This document shows positions 52,445 to 64,000 of a stretch of DNA of 64,000 nt, one piece after another. How positions within the stretch are numbered: position 1 is the stretch's first letter; each line of letters opens with the position of its first letter. The DNA is from Eledone cirrhosa (taxonomy: Eukaryota): the NCBI GenBank assembly GCA_964016885.1, contig OZ024742.1, positions 260,896,001-260,960,000 on the forward strand. The letters are read 5' to 3'. Made by a program: the position numbers and the translations under genes. Under the pieces are notes generated by a model, which was not told where the DNA came from, did no database searches, and saw only the letters and a program-made list of their open reading frames with translations.

Positions 52445-52495
52445 AGATTCCTGATGATTTCTAAAGAATGAAACAGTTCTAGTCTTGTAGAATCT
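52445..52495 (+). ncRNA. Compact type I hammerhead ribozyme, predicted cleavage after A52489 (GUA)
   Basis: Perfect 6-bp stem I AGATTC/GAATCT; CTGATGA 52451-52457; short stem II ttc-taaa-gaa; GAAAC 52470-52474; stem III aca/tgt. Confidence 0.8.
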
Positions 52496-53231
52496 CATCT
52501 ATATTAAAACCTTTATACTCTATGTATTGAGTACCTTACTTACTGTGGTTACCTCCGATTCAACCCGGAATAACGTATATATATATATATATATGAATAT
52601 ATATATATACACACATACACGCAAATTAACAGTGATGAACAGAAGATGGAGAATTCAGTACTAGTAGTGCAGTATATAGGTTGTTTATTAAGTGTGTTAA
52701 AACTCACAGCGTATCTGTACTTTAAATTTTATGGATGTCTCCATGCCTTCTTCAGCAGGATTTATTTAAAGTATTAAACAAGGCCAAAAATCAAGATGAC
52801 TTCCAAAGTCAGGTGTGCAGTGACACTTCTTGCTCTGATCACCTTAAGAAAATGACTAAGCATTCATTTTTGCCTCCACAGACCACATTCAACCATGTCA
52901 AATCATGTGACAAGTTATAACACCATACAACCCTCTTTTTCATTTTAGATATTTCTAACACTGTTATGTGGCAATGACGTTTAATGATTTATTTATTGAT
53001 AACAGAATTATTTTATAAATAATTTAATCATACAAATCTGTATAAAACTGTGAAACTTTAAGGTTCAGTAAAGAGCCTTGCTGATGTCTGTGTCCTAGAT
53101 AACTGCCTAGTTGGCCTTAATAGTAGCACCAGCCCTGTATGTGCACACAAACTCACATATATACTCATAAAGTTATATACACAAACAAGCAAAGTTACAG
53201 GCACATCCCAATTCACATACATATACGTAAG

Positions 53232-53446
53232 TCAAAGTTTTGCAGATTTTCGAGTTTCGAAAAAAGTCATCCAACTTTTCAAACTACCCATCCACTGACC
53301 CCCATCTGCTACCACAGTAATACCGGTCAAAAGGTCAGCAGCATTGCTGACCAGAAACATAGCAATATTTGCAATATCACATCGGGTGGCAATTCTACCA
53401 ATGGGTACCTGCTCACTCAACATAGCTTCAGTAAATTTTGGAGAAA
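53232..53446 (-). CDS. DECR2: DECR2 last coding exon ending ..VVADGGQW..KSAKL* (PTS1 peroxisomal signal)
   Basis: Polypyrimidine-CAG acceptor; SDR C-terminal motifs PIGR and TG..VVADGG; C-terminal AKL; candidate poly(A) signals on the - strand near 52990 and 52684-52689. Confidence 0.92.
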
Positions 53447-54315
53447 CTGAAATGAGAAAAAGAAAAAAAAATTCAAATAGGTGCATGCTTGGCTGTATGA
53501 TTAAGGAATTTGCTTTGTAACTATATGGTTCTGGATTCAGCCTTGGATCAACCATTGTTTTATGTTTGGAATTTGGTAGGTATTGACTTCAGAGGCCTGT
53601 CATGTATACACACACACATGTGTGTCTATGTTCATGCCCTGTAACTTAGAGATTAATATAATAGAATCAGGGCTGATTTCAGATGTCTTGGTATCGAAAG
53701 GGTTAAAAAAAGAACACAGATGCAGATGCATTACCCCAGAAAAATGAATGGTATGATTCTACTGGATCTCCTTAACTAAAAGACCACTCAATTAAGGCTG
53801 ACATTGGGTTAATAACAACGACAATCACATTACATTTGTCTTAACATGAGCATCCAGAATCTTCTTACAGAATTCTTTCCATCAAAGAAGAATTTTGTTA
53901 ATCAAAAGTAATTAATTAGCAGCAAATTGGGTTGCTGAGTAGATAAAGTGTAGGACAGATAGGGTACTGAATAGATAAGAAGGCTATGGGTAAATACGAT
54001 GCCACTTGGATGAGATGCAAGGTGCACAAGACACAGGGTCGATAGAATTCTGGCTTACTATCATTTAGATAGTGAGCCAGAATACTTTCAATGGCTTTGA
54101 TCTGCCTACTTACCAATAGGTACTAAAATGAGGCACAATTGATCCCTATAATCAGCAAGAAGGGTTGTTGTTTTTTAAAATTAAATTTACAGTGTTGAAT
54201 TGAATCATAAATATGAACTAGAGAAGACAGCATAAAACCTCCCTCCTCATATGAAGAATTCAATGATGCCCCAATGACCAAAGAGTTAAAGGATATTATA
54301 TAGAAAGTAATGTAC

Positions 54316-54420
54316 CTAGTCTTCGGTAACCTTCTGAATTAGAAACAGCTCCTGGTGCTAAACACAGCATACGTACACCACTGGGCCCCCACTCCACAGC
54401 AAGGTGTTTTGTCAAAGCCT
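54316..54420 (-). CDS. DECR2: DECR2 internal exon ([34 protein letters not shown])
   Basis: 105-bp AG/GT exon; HLAVEWGP and APG..EG.RRL motifs; phases consistent with both neighbours. Confidence 0.92.
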
Positions 54421-54641
54421 CTGAGTTTGGATAGGCAAAGGAAAGAAAAAAGACAATAGAATTAGGATGGTAATGAAGGCTACTTAATGTATATGTTGAG
54501 AAAAAATCAATATATTCAGTATTTCAACTTTAACAATCTTAACTTTTTTGATATCAACTTGGCCAAAACTGACTCTGGTTTTATGAAACAAAACGACCCA
54601 TTTTAAAGAGTTCTTATTTAAATTACAAATCTTCCTACATT

Positions 54642-54830
54642 GGTGGATTGGCAGTATCGGTAGAGGGTCAGACGCCATGCTTTCCAGCATAGTTACGTCC
54701 CTTTACGGTCTTAGTTCTAGTCCCGTCGAGGTTAACTTTGCCTTTCATCCTTACAGGGGTCGATAAAATAAAGTACCAGTAATGCACTGGAATAATTGCT
54801 GGCCTTGTGCCAAAAGTAGAAACAATTATT
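54642..54830 (+). mobile_element. SINE family A copy in a DECR2 intron
   Basis: Close reverse complement of 4259-4447. Confidence 0.85.
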
Positions 54831-55359
54831 TTATATACGAACTGTATGTTAAGTTACTATCTTAGTAATGAAATAATTATTGATTTTAATAAATCATTCA
54901 ACATTCTTCATTAATTAATAGAAATAGTGTGTTTTTCATTAGAAATACAGTTATGAAAGGATTAATGTTGAGCTGACGAATTTGAATTGAGAAATAAGCA
55001 GTAAATGAAACCCCAAACTGCTAATAATATGTGTAGAAGCACACAGCTTGGTTGGGATGGAGGAGCTTTGATATTTTAAACTATGAAGGATAGATGGACT
55101 CCAATAGTCAAATTTGGTGAGTTTGGTGGTATGCAGTGTATTGGTGTCAATGGTGAAATCTGGTGGCAGTATGCGGTGTGTTGATGCCGATAGTTAAATC
55201 TGGTAGGGGTGTGTGGTGTGTTGTCATTGTTGCTGATGTTGTCAGTAGCAATGACAACAAAAACATTAGCAACAATATCAACAATGGCAATAATCACAAT
55301 TACACAAACTAAAACATATTCAACAACATCAAGAAGAAAGGCATTGAAATGTTTCTCAC

Positions 55360-55453
55360 CGATTGCAGACTTGGCAGCACCAACATGGCACTGCATTGGT
55401 ACTCCACGGAAGTGTTGAGTCGCTGTGATATTGAGAATAATACCTCCATGATC
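55360..55453 (-). CDS. DECR2: DECR2 internal exon (DHGGIILNITATQHFRGVPMQCHVGAAKSAI)
   Basis: 94-bp AG/GT exon; DHGG..NITAT and QxHxGxAK motifs of DECR2. Confidence 0.92.
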
Positions 55454-57169
55454 CTGAAATAATGAAAATAAACAGATATTGTAGTGTCAGGTGGTAATTA
55501 GAGGGGAGTTGACAACAATTTCTCACTTGGTTAGTGGAGCTACCAAAATATTAACAACAGGTTTGTTCAACTAAGAATATTTTAACCATGGGCCCTATGC
55601 AAATTGGTGAATTGGCAGATTCGTTAGGGTGTCAGATTAAATGCCTTGGTCTCCGTGCTTTAAATTCAAATCCTGTTGAGGTGAACTTTACCTTTCATCC
55701 TTTCAAGGTCACTATATAAAGTACTAATCCAGTACTAGGATTGATTCTTCCTCTATATATCTTTATCCCTTTCTCTCACTCTCTCTTTTTTTTTTTTTAG
55801 GAAATTGTCTGTGTTCAGACTTGGAGAGGGATGGATGCTGTCAGGTTTTAAATGCTCAAGATATGCTGTGTCAAAATGGTACTCCTGTGGCTCTATCAAC
55901 ACAGACAATAGAATATCACTAATGCAAAGCTCTAAAAATATATTAAAATAAGCTACAAAATCCAATCAATATAAAGTTGATGGGGTTTACTTGTTGAGAA
56001 GAATGTAAAATATGTTTCATCACTCTTCCCCCTCTCTCTGAGAGTGATGAAAAGTAGAAAAAGAACTTATGTTGAGGGATAGATTTAGTAAGGAAAGAAA
56101 TAGTGTGAAAAGGTAAGAAGCCGAAAATGCTGGGTGAACAAAAATGTTTTGGGTCAGAAAGTTGAACCAGAAAATTCGTAGATATCTATATATCCTTTAA
56201 ATAAGCACCAAAAAAATTTATAGTTTAAGTTCATGAGTTAAAGTAGAGTGAGGAGGAGGGAATAGAACATAAAATAGATAGGCTCAATACCTGGAAAGTT
56301 AAAGTATTGTGGGTATAAGAGAAGAAAGATAGGAAGGTAAATAGGTACAATCCATCAAACAACCACAAATGGCAATAGTTAGTGGTTACTTTGACAAATT
56401 AAAGGCAAGAGAGTGACTTATAGGGGCATAGGCAAAGTGGTAGATGGGTGGAGTGGGGATGGGGACATATATGCAAAAATACATTTCCTTACTTATATCA
56501 CAGCAAGTAAATTTGACCAATCTTGTAAATGTAATATCAAAATAGAAAATTTTACATAGCGAACATAACAATCTTCAATTTGGTATTCGTGTTGATTCTT
56601 ACCTATGGTCATGAATCTTGAGTAATGATAGATAGAATATGATCGCAAATACAAGCAGCCAAAATGGAGTTCCTCCGAAGTGTCTTTAGAATAACATTAC
56701 TCGACAGAGTGCGTAGCTTGGAGATCAGAGAGTTACTCCAGACAGACCTGCTACTTTTCCGAATTGAGAGATCACAGCTCTGATACTATGGGTATGTAGT
56801 TAGAATGTCTCAAGAAAGAATTGCTGGACAGATTTTACGGACAAACCAACCAGCAAGAGACTCAGGGGTAGACTCTGAGCAAGATGGCTAGATAACATCC
56901 ATAAGCTTGGCTGGTTTCACTTGGGGATCCAGCCGGATCAGTTGGAGTCAGAAGAAGACGAATACGACAAATTTTCACCTCACCCAACCCTCACAACAAC
57001 CACAATAATGTAGTTATGTACTGTATTAAGATGTCACTATGTTTATATTTGCCCTACCACTACTATTGCAACTGCCACCTCCAAAACTACTACCACCACT
57101 TCTGCAACTGCCATCATTACTACAATAACGCTGCTGCGTGATTTACAAAGTGGCTATACTCTTACTCAC

Positions 57170-57294
57170 CCTCATGTATTTTTCATAGATCACCTTACTG
57201 ACATTGAAGGTCCCCATTGTGTCAATCTCCTGGACAGTTTGGAAAGCATGGAATGACATGCTAGAGGCAAAACACAGGAAGTTGCCAGCAGCAC
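57170..57294 (-). CDS. DECR2: DECR2 internal exon ([41 protein letters not shown])
   Basis: 125-bp AG/GT exon; AAGNFLC and IDTxGTFN are typical of DECR2/SPS19. Confidence 0.92.
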
Positions 57295-57864
57295 CTGTAA
57301 TATAAAGGTACAGCAGAGTTATATTTTATACAAACATGTTTCACCTAAATATGTGTATATATATCATCACTAGCATCATCATTTCATGGCTGTTTTCCCT
57401 AACAAAAGTTGGTCAGGTCATCACAGACTAAGTCAGTACTTAGTCAATGCCACTGACCTTTCAGATGGGCCAGGGATTCCGCACCTCACATACATTTCTG
57501 AACTTTTCAAAGTGCACTGGGGAGGTTGGTATGTCTTTGACATAACTAAATAGTTCTCTTGACTCTGTTTAGTAAGTTTTCTATGGTTAGATGCCTTACC
57601 AATCACCAACCACTTTACAGAATGTACTGGGTACATTTTATTGTAGCACCAGTACTAGGGATGGTGATGTGCTCGTCATATGACCCTTTGTTTGGCTTTT
57701 CTATGCTTGCATGGGTTGAACGAAATGCACATGTCTAGTGGAAATGATGGAATTTTACACATTAATAAGTTAAACATATTTTAACAAGTGCTAAATCTCT
57801 TAAATGGAATAATATTAATATTTATTGCATGATTTGGAGCAACTACTAAATCCTAACTATTCAA

Positions 57865-58720
57865 TGTGGATGTTGGACTCCACCAAAGGAGTGCACTGTT
57901 ACCTCTCCTGTTCATTATTTTCATGAACAGGATTGACATGCGCAGCCGAGTTGGAAATGATATCACAACTGGCAGGTGTAAAATCAGTCAGCTGGAATTT
58001 GAAGACAACATGGTGTTACTTCACATGATAGAAGGTGATCTCTCACTTGTACTTGATAGGTTTAATGCTGAGTGCTGCATGGCTGGAATGAAAATCAGTG
58101 CTGCGAAAACTGAGACATTTGTCTTCTCAAGGAAGCCTGCGCTGTGCACTCTACACGTGAATGGAGTTCCACTGAAGCAGGTGGAGAGGTTCAAGTACCT
58201 TGAAGCTGTTCATGAGTGATAGAAGACAGCAGGCTGAATTAAGTGCAAGAATTGCAGGAGCAGGTGCAGTAATGTGCTAGCTTCAGTATTCAGTAATTAT
58301 AAGAAGGGAGGTGGGTGTAAAAGCCAAACTCGCTATTTTCAATTCGGTATTCGTGCCAGCCCTTACCTATGGTTATGAATTTTGGGCAATGACTGAAAGA
58401 ATACGATCATAAATTCAAGTGGCTGAAATGGGGTTCCTCTGAAGGGTCTTTGGAGCAACGTTACTTAATAGAGTGCGTAGAGCTGCTTCTTTTCCGAATT
58501 GAGAGATCACAGCTTTGATATGGTTAGAATGTCTTAAGAAAGAATCACTGGACAGATTTTACAGACAAAACCAACTGATGGGATGGTTGGATATCACCCA
58601 TGAGCTTGTCTGGTCTTGATTGGGGATCCAGATGGATCAACTGGAGACAGTTGCTTTGATGAGGCCTCTGCCCCCATGACCCTGTCAGGAATAAGTGGGT
58701 GAAGAAGAAGAAAAGAAGAA
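57865..58720 (+). mobile_element. Old RTE-like LINE fragment in a DECR2 intron
   Basis: VGLHQRSALLPLLF, FEDN (degenerate FADD), GMKIS..KTE, VERFKYL. Confidence 0.75.
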
Positions 58721-59689
58721 GGGTGGCTAACTCTGAAGAAATTTTATTTTATGTTACAAAGAATATGGTAAAATTCAAAATTCCTAATGATATTTTCTCA
58801 TTAAAATGATGAAATTATCTATTTTAACAAATACAGAATTGCTTCAGTGAAATATTTGGGCAAATTTGAAATTGGATACTTTCTAAGATAGATAAAAATG
58901 GCTAAACTTTTGCATTTCTGACAAGAAGTACACATGTGTTTAGAAGAATAAGGAATTTTGGCATTAAGTTGGAAGGAATAAGGCAAAATTCCAAATTTTT
59001 GTAAAGTAGTAGTGCTGGTGCCATAATAAAATGCACCCAGTACACTCAGTAAAGTGGAAAAAAAAATACTCAGTACACCTTGAAAGTGGTTGGTTTTTAA
59101 GAAAGGTTTTCAGCCATAGAAACAACCATGTATAAAACAGATTGTATGAACAAGATGTGGTCTTATAAACTTGTCTAGTCATAGTCTGTGACAACCCAGC
59201 TAAGCCATGCCAGCATGGAGGGCAAATATTATAAAATGATGATTGTGATTTATGGGATTAGTGAAAATGGTGAATTTTCTCATGAAAAAAACGAAAATCA
59301 TCTTTTCTTAACTCTTAACATCCTGTAATGATTTAGCAGAAAACATCTTAAAATGTATTTGTTAATTTAAATGTTTATAGTATCTTTACTAATGAACAGT
59401 TTGTTGTAACGATTTGCAATATTAGAGTAAATACTTAAATTTTTAATGTAAAGCGGTCATAGTGTTGTTTTGTACTTTTCAAGAATGACTTTCTTATATG
59501 GTTTCATGTAGGACAGAACATTAAGAGTTAAACAATAAAGGAGCTAGTTGAGACACTAGTTACACAGGGGTATGGATAGCTAGGTTGGAGCCCCCTGTTA
59601 ATATTACAGTATTATTAAGTCAAAACGTTATAAAACGTTATAAAAACAATTTTTTTTTACCAAATTAAAAATTGTATGGGTGATATAGA

Positions 59690-59765
59690 TATTGTCTGAT
59701 GAGACCTTTAATAAGGGTCGATAATCGATTGAGGATGTTCATCATTTTTTCAATCGATGAGGAAA
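59690..59765 (+). ncRNA. Degenerate hammerhead motif
   Basis: CTGATGA 59696-59702, gacc/ggtc stem II, GATA instead of GAAA, atcgattga/tcaatcgat stem III; cleavage triplet lost. Confidence 0.5.
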
Positions 59766-60039
59766 TATGTAAATTTGCTATGTTTACATGTCTACATACT
59801 CAATGTGTATATTTATATACACATTTGTAGTCTTGGCTAACTCTATACTGTATATGTACAGCTATATAACTATTGTATATTTCGACAGGAAACATGGACG
59901 TTAAACGGTGATGATGATATATATATATAATGTGAAATACAGAGATATGGCACTGGCATATTTCCAATGTAATGGGGCTCCTCTAATTGAACCTACAGTT
60001 ACATACGACATAGCTAGAGAGTACACTCATTCAGAAGGT

Positions 60040-60350
60040 GTGTTGCTTTGTGGTTAGGGTGTTAAGCTCCCGAATATAAGGTTCTCAGTTCGATTCACAG
60101 TTGTGTGTAGTGTCGTTGAGCAAGACACTTTATTTCATATTGCTTTAGTTGATGCAGCTGAAAAAAAAATGAATTGTACTTGTGATTCAAAGAGCCAGCC
60201 TTGTCACAGACTGTCACACTGAATCACCTTGAGGACTATGTTAAAGGAGCACATGTCTGTGGAATGTTCAGCCACTCACATTTTAATTTCACGAGCAGAC
60301 TGTTCCAATGTTCAGACAACTGGAACAATCATCATAGGAACCAATGGAAG
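60040..60350 (+). mobile_element. Diverged CORE-type SINE with a different tail
   Basis: gtggttagggtgtt..gttcgattc head and ttgagcaagacactttatttcat core. Confidence 0.65.
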
Positions 60351-60525
60351 TCCAACACAGAGTCATACAAGACTTAACCAAATGCAATACAGTTACATAC
60401 AACAAAGCTATCAAAGGGTGAAAATTAAATGGAAAAAGAAAATATTCTGTTTAAAAAAAAATATTTTTATTGTTGAATGTAAAGATTAAATTAAAAAATA
60501 TGTATTAATTTCTTTCTCTTGATTG

Positions 60526-60527
<2 letters not shown>

Positions 60528-60601
<74 letters not shown>
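60528..60601. repeat. (CA)n microsatellite
   Basis: Direct inspection. Confidence 0.98.
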
Positions 60602-60604
<3 letters not shown>

Positions 60605-60865
60605 ATCTTTTTTATGGTTTGATAAAGAAACATATGTAATTGTATATTACTTATTCTCTTTGTAAAACAACGGGCTGTGTAGTAGTTGAAATAATTATGT
60701 GGAGAGGAAAACAACAAGGAAAAGAAAAGATACGTTTTAGGAGAAGATAACTCTAATAAAATTACAGTTATACTGAGTTTGAGACAAAGCTTAAAATGGA
60801 TGAAACATCTTTGAGAAAAAGAAAAATCGGAAATGAATAAGAGAAAGTATCATAGAGATACCTAC

Positions 60866-60935
60866 CATTAATCAAAATATCTATCCTCTTGAATCTCTCC
60901 AGTGCTTTATCAACAGCATTTTGAATTTCTTGTGG
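60866..60935 (-). CDS. DECR2: Peroxisomal 2,4-dienoyl-CoA reductase, internal exon (PQEIQNAVDKALERFKRIDILIN-G); upstream exons not found in this window
   Basis: AG/GT-bounded 70-bp exon whose phase joins the next exon to give the SDR motif IDILINGAAGNF. Confidence 0.88.
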
Positions 60936-61189
60936 CTGAAAATGAGTAAAAAGTATACAATGGTAGTCTGCCCAGAACTAAAGAATAAATTTCAATTCTG
61001 TTGCAAGTATTTGGAATAGAATTCCAGTTCCCTTCTCCGTTGACATTTTCCAGCAGACATTGCCATAGAATGTTAACATTACAAATTATTTATAATTTTT
61101 ACAGAATGAAAATATACACACAAATAATATATACAATACTTAATTACATAAAAATATAAAATCAAAACAAAAGAAAATATTAATTCAAC

Positions 61190-62570
61190 ACTAATGTCAC
61201 ACACTACAAGAGATACCAGAGCCTCTCTCTAATATTTTTTGAGGCAAGCCAGCATGCTTGCAACATTACCACATAAGATAATAAGGCTATGGTGCTAGAT
61301 CAATCAAGCACCCTCATGGGCATCACAGGATAGCTCAACAAAGCAAACTGCCAACAGTGACAAGAACTTCATTGTCAGCAGCCTAGCTCCTCCAAACATC
61401 TCGAATTCCGCAAGCTGGAAAAAATAGTTTGCCAATAATTCCTGGTATATTAGAATTTTATTCTGTTCAGTTATGGAAGTAGTGACTCTCACTTTTACCA
61501 CAGCATCCAAGATGTGGGAAGGAGAAAACGTGTCACTGACTGTGGAATCCCAAATGAGACACCTATCTCTTACCCAGGGACAAAAGGGAAAACTATCTGG
61601 TCTCTTCCCATTAACTCTGGACAATCCTGCCAAGGCCAGCTAAATAATTCAGTTTAGCTTGGTATGACAAGAAAAGCAACCTGAATTCAGATGGCAACAC
61701 AAACCATGAAGACCTGTGGAATCAAGGACATCAGCTCCCATTCTGAGTGCAATGGAGATGCAGAGTTCATTCAGACTAAGTAGGCCATGGACAGGGTATC
61801 AACCTAGTTTTCTGCGAATTTTGTGCTTGCAGAAAGTAGGCGACATCTTGAGAATTGATCAGATTGATCAAAGAGGCAAGTGAAAGTGTCTCTCGAACAC
61901 ATATTGTCCCAAACTCTCTGCTTCAGTCTATCCTCATCTACAATAAGAGCTGACAAACCTAGCTCCTTCCATTGTAGTAGAGCTTCATCCACCTCCCTGT
62001 TGGAAAAGTGAGGATGTTACCCACCTGAGGGAAGTAAGCATGGATGGAGGAAATAAAGCAGGGAAAGATAGAGACAAGCATTTACGCAGACCTAAGCCCC
62101 CAAATTGTTTGGGCAATGCCACCTGGACATGAGACTCTGGAGAGAGTCTGATGTTGACCAATCATTCGAGTTTACCAAAGAATTAGTTGTCAAAGCATTG
62201 GAGAGATGACGAGAATCTATAGGAGGGACTGACTCTAAGTATATACAATAGCTTAAGAATCGATAGGTAATTCCTAAGTATAAAAATACCTTGATGGGGC
62301 TCAATTGCCTCGATGTTTTTGATTAATTGCTTGAGATTAACCGTCTTGGATAAAAAGATGGGCTTGAAAGCTAGGTTAGTAATTGAGGATCCTAGAGAAC
62401 ATCATGCCTGTGAAGGAGGTACTGCAGTAGATGGGAAGAATTTTGTAAACAGGCTGGTGAAGCTGGGTGGTTGAGGAACCAGAGCTCACATTTGAAGCTG
62501 TTGATATGGAGACCCTTACAATCAAAATAGTGTTGTTGCATTTTCTGAACCTAGTTTCTAAAGCTGTGTT
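61190..62570 (-). mobile_element. CRE-clade non-LTR retrotransposon, decayed, in a DECR2 intron
   Basis: GLSRVNGKRPD..PWVRDRCLIWDSTVSDT and DEALLQWKELGL; homologous to 30680-31960. Confidence 0.8.
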
Positions 62571-62659
62571 GGTGCTTGTAGAACCATATTTTTAATTTTC
62601 AGGCTGTTAAGCAGACGTATGCTCTGTTGGTGTGTTCAGTTAATTGAAAAGTGTACAGC

Positions 62660-63240
62660 AAACAAATATAACATTTCAACACTACACTCTTTCTCTCTCA
62701 CACACATGCCCACACATGTACACTTACACACAGAGGCACACCCACATCTACACATGTCACATACACATGTACAACATTTTGTTACACACACATGCCAAAA
62801 CCTGTCTTACACACCCCATCAAGTACATATAAACAACACTGCAATCCTTACCAAAACACCAACACTCACCCATACACATGCACACATACAGGCACACTCA
62901 ATTTTATACACAAATTTGTTCACCATTTAGAATAATTTACACATAAACAACACTGCAAAACATACCATTAACAACAACACCCACTTAAACACAAGCACAC
63001 ACACATGCACATGCAACCTTATACACAAACATAATTTAGCTTTAAAACAATTCACAAATACATGTGAATACACATATATGCCAGTAAACAAAAGCACAAA
63101 TATATTTTAGCACAACAACACTCATACCAACACCTTGCAACAAATACAACAAACACAATGACAACAACTAAACACACTCAAAACAATAACAACAATAATC
63201 ACAAAACAGACAAGCCAGTTAATGAACATATATCAAAACA
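62660..63240. repeat. CA-rich low-complexity region
   Basis: Direct inspection. Confidence 0.8.
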
Positions 63241-63680
63241 AAATAATATTAGGAAGGTCAGTGGTTCTGTTGACATATGTAGGAACATGTAAGTACATAT
63301 AAAATATGTATGTGTGTGTGAGTTTGCATGTGTGAGTGTGGTGTCTGTGTGCAGGCATGCTAAACAAATCTTTAACCTCTCCTACCACACACACACAAAT
63401 AACTTGAGATGACACAGCAAACACATACAGTCTGTTTCCCTTGACGATTCTTCATCAATTTAAAACTAAAGATTCTTTCCCAATCCAACACTAGAGTATT
63501 TCAAACTCATATAAGCATTATCAATGAAACATACACACACACACATAACCAACCCCTGAAAATACAAAGAAAGTATATAAACATTTCATTATAGAACCTA
63601 CAATAATATCTTTCAAAAGGCCAATATTCTTTTCTTGACTGCTTAACCACTTACTCCACACATCAATCACCTTAGGCCAT

Positions 63681-63770
63681 GCTTCTGATGAGATGGCTTA
63701 TTCACAGCAGAGGGATAAATCTCCAGTATGGAATTTGTTATCGAAATGGCAAGAGCCCAGCTGTTGGAGC
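63681..63770 (+). ncRNA. Type I hammerhead motif, partly decayed
   Basis: CTGATGA 63685-63691; stem II gatggc/gttatc; GAAA 63743-63746; stem III atggc/gctgt; GTT triplet; weak stem I. Same family as the halves at ~1194-1240, 45944 and 48308. Confidence 0.6.
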
Positions 63771-64000
63771 CTGACTCACTACTATATACATATATATATG
63801 GTTGTGTGTGTATTTATGTCTGTGCCTGGTTTTATGTCCAATAACTTAGTGGTTAGACAAAAAAAGATCATTAAATAAGTACTGGGGTTGATATGATTAA
63901 CTAAATGGGGCTCTTTACAAAAACATTCACCCACACCTCTATTCTTTTACAATAATTGACTCCATCTATTTCCCTTAACCACAACTTCTTGTTTAACCCA

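Noticed and set aside
59308-59531. Possible piggyBac-type MITE (ttaactcttaa / ttaagagttaa)
   Set aside because: Only about 11 bp of AT-rich inverted match; insufficient without other copies.

Overview
Eukaryotic, AT-rich, repeat-dense genomic DNA, most likely from an octopus or other coleoid cephalopod (inferred from the '[14 protein letters not shown]' zinc-finger type and the SINE families). Host genes: (i) four tandem + strand C2H2 zinc-finger genes (CDS 5074-6072, 20158-20778, 24513-25475, 39805-41055), each with an intronless CDS and a homologous upstream block that looks like a promoter plus non-coding exon 1; (ii) the last five coding exons of peroxisomal 2,4-dienoyl-CoA reductase (DECR2) on the - strand, ending in the PTS1 signal -AKL. 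The rest is a transposon mosaic: Mariner, Merlin, two Helitrons, a Gypsy integrase fragment, CR1, several RTE LINEs (two near-identical young copies), CRE-clade, L1/Tx1, Penelope-like fragments, two tRNA-SINE families and large (TA)n arrays. The most notable signal is invisible to the ORF track: about eleven complete or partial type I hammerhead ribozyme motifs from several families. Most sit in short non-coding units next to (TA)n, some with direct or inverted terminal repeats (Penelope pLTR or retrozyme-like). Other observations are histone 3' stem-loop-like hairpins at the Merlin end, finger shuffling and decayed 3' fingers in the ZNF paralogs, and a LINE-SINE pair sharing a 3' tail. All alignments and foldings were done by eye, so element boundaries are approximate.
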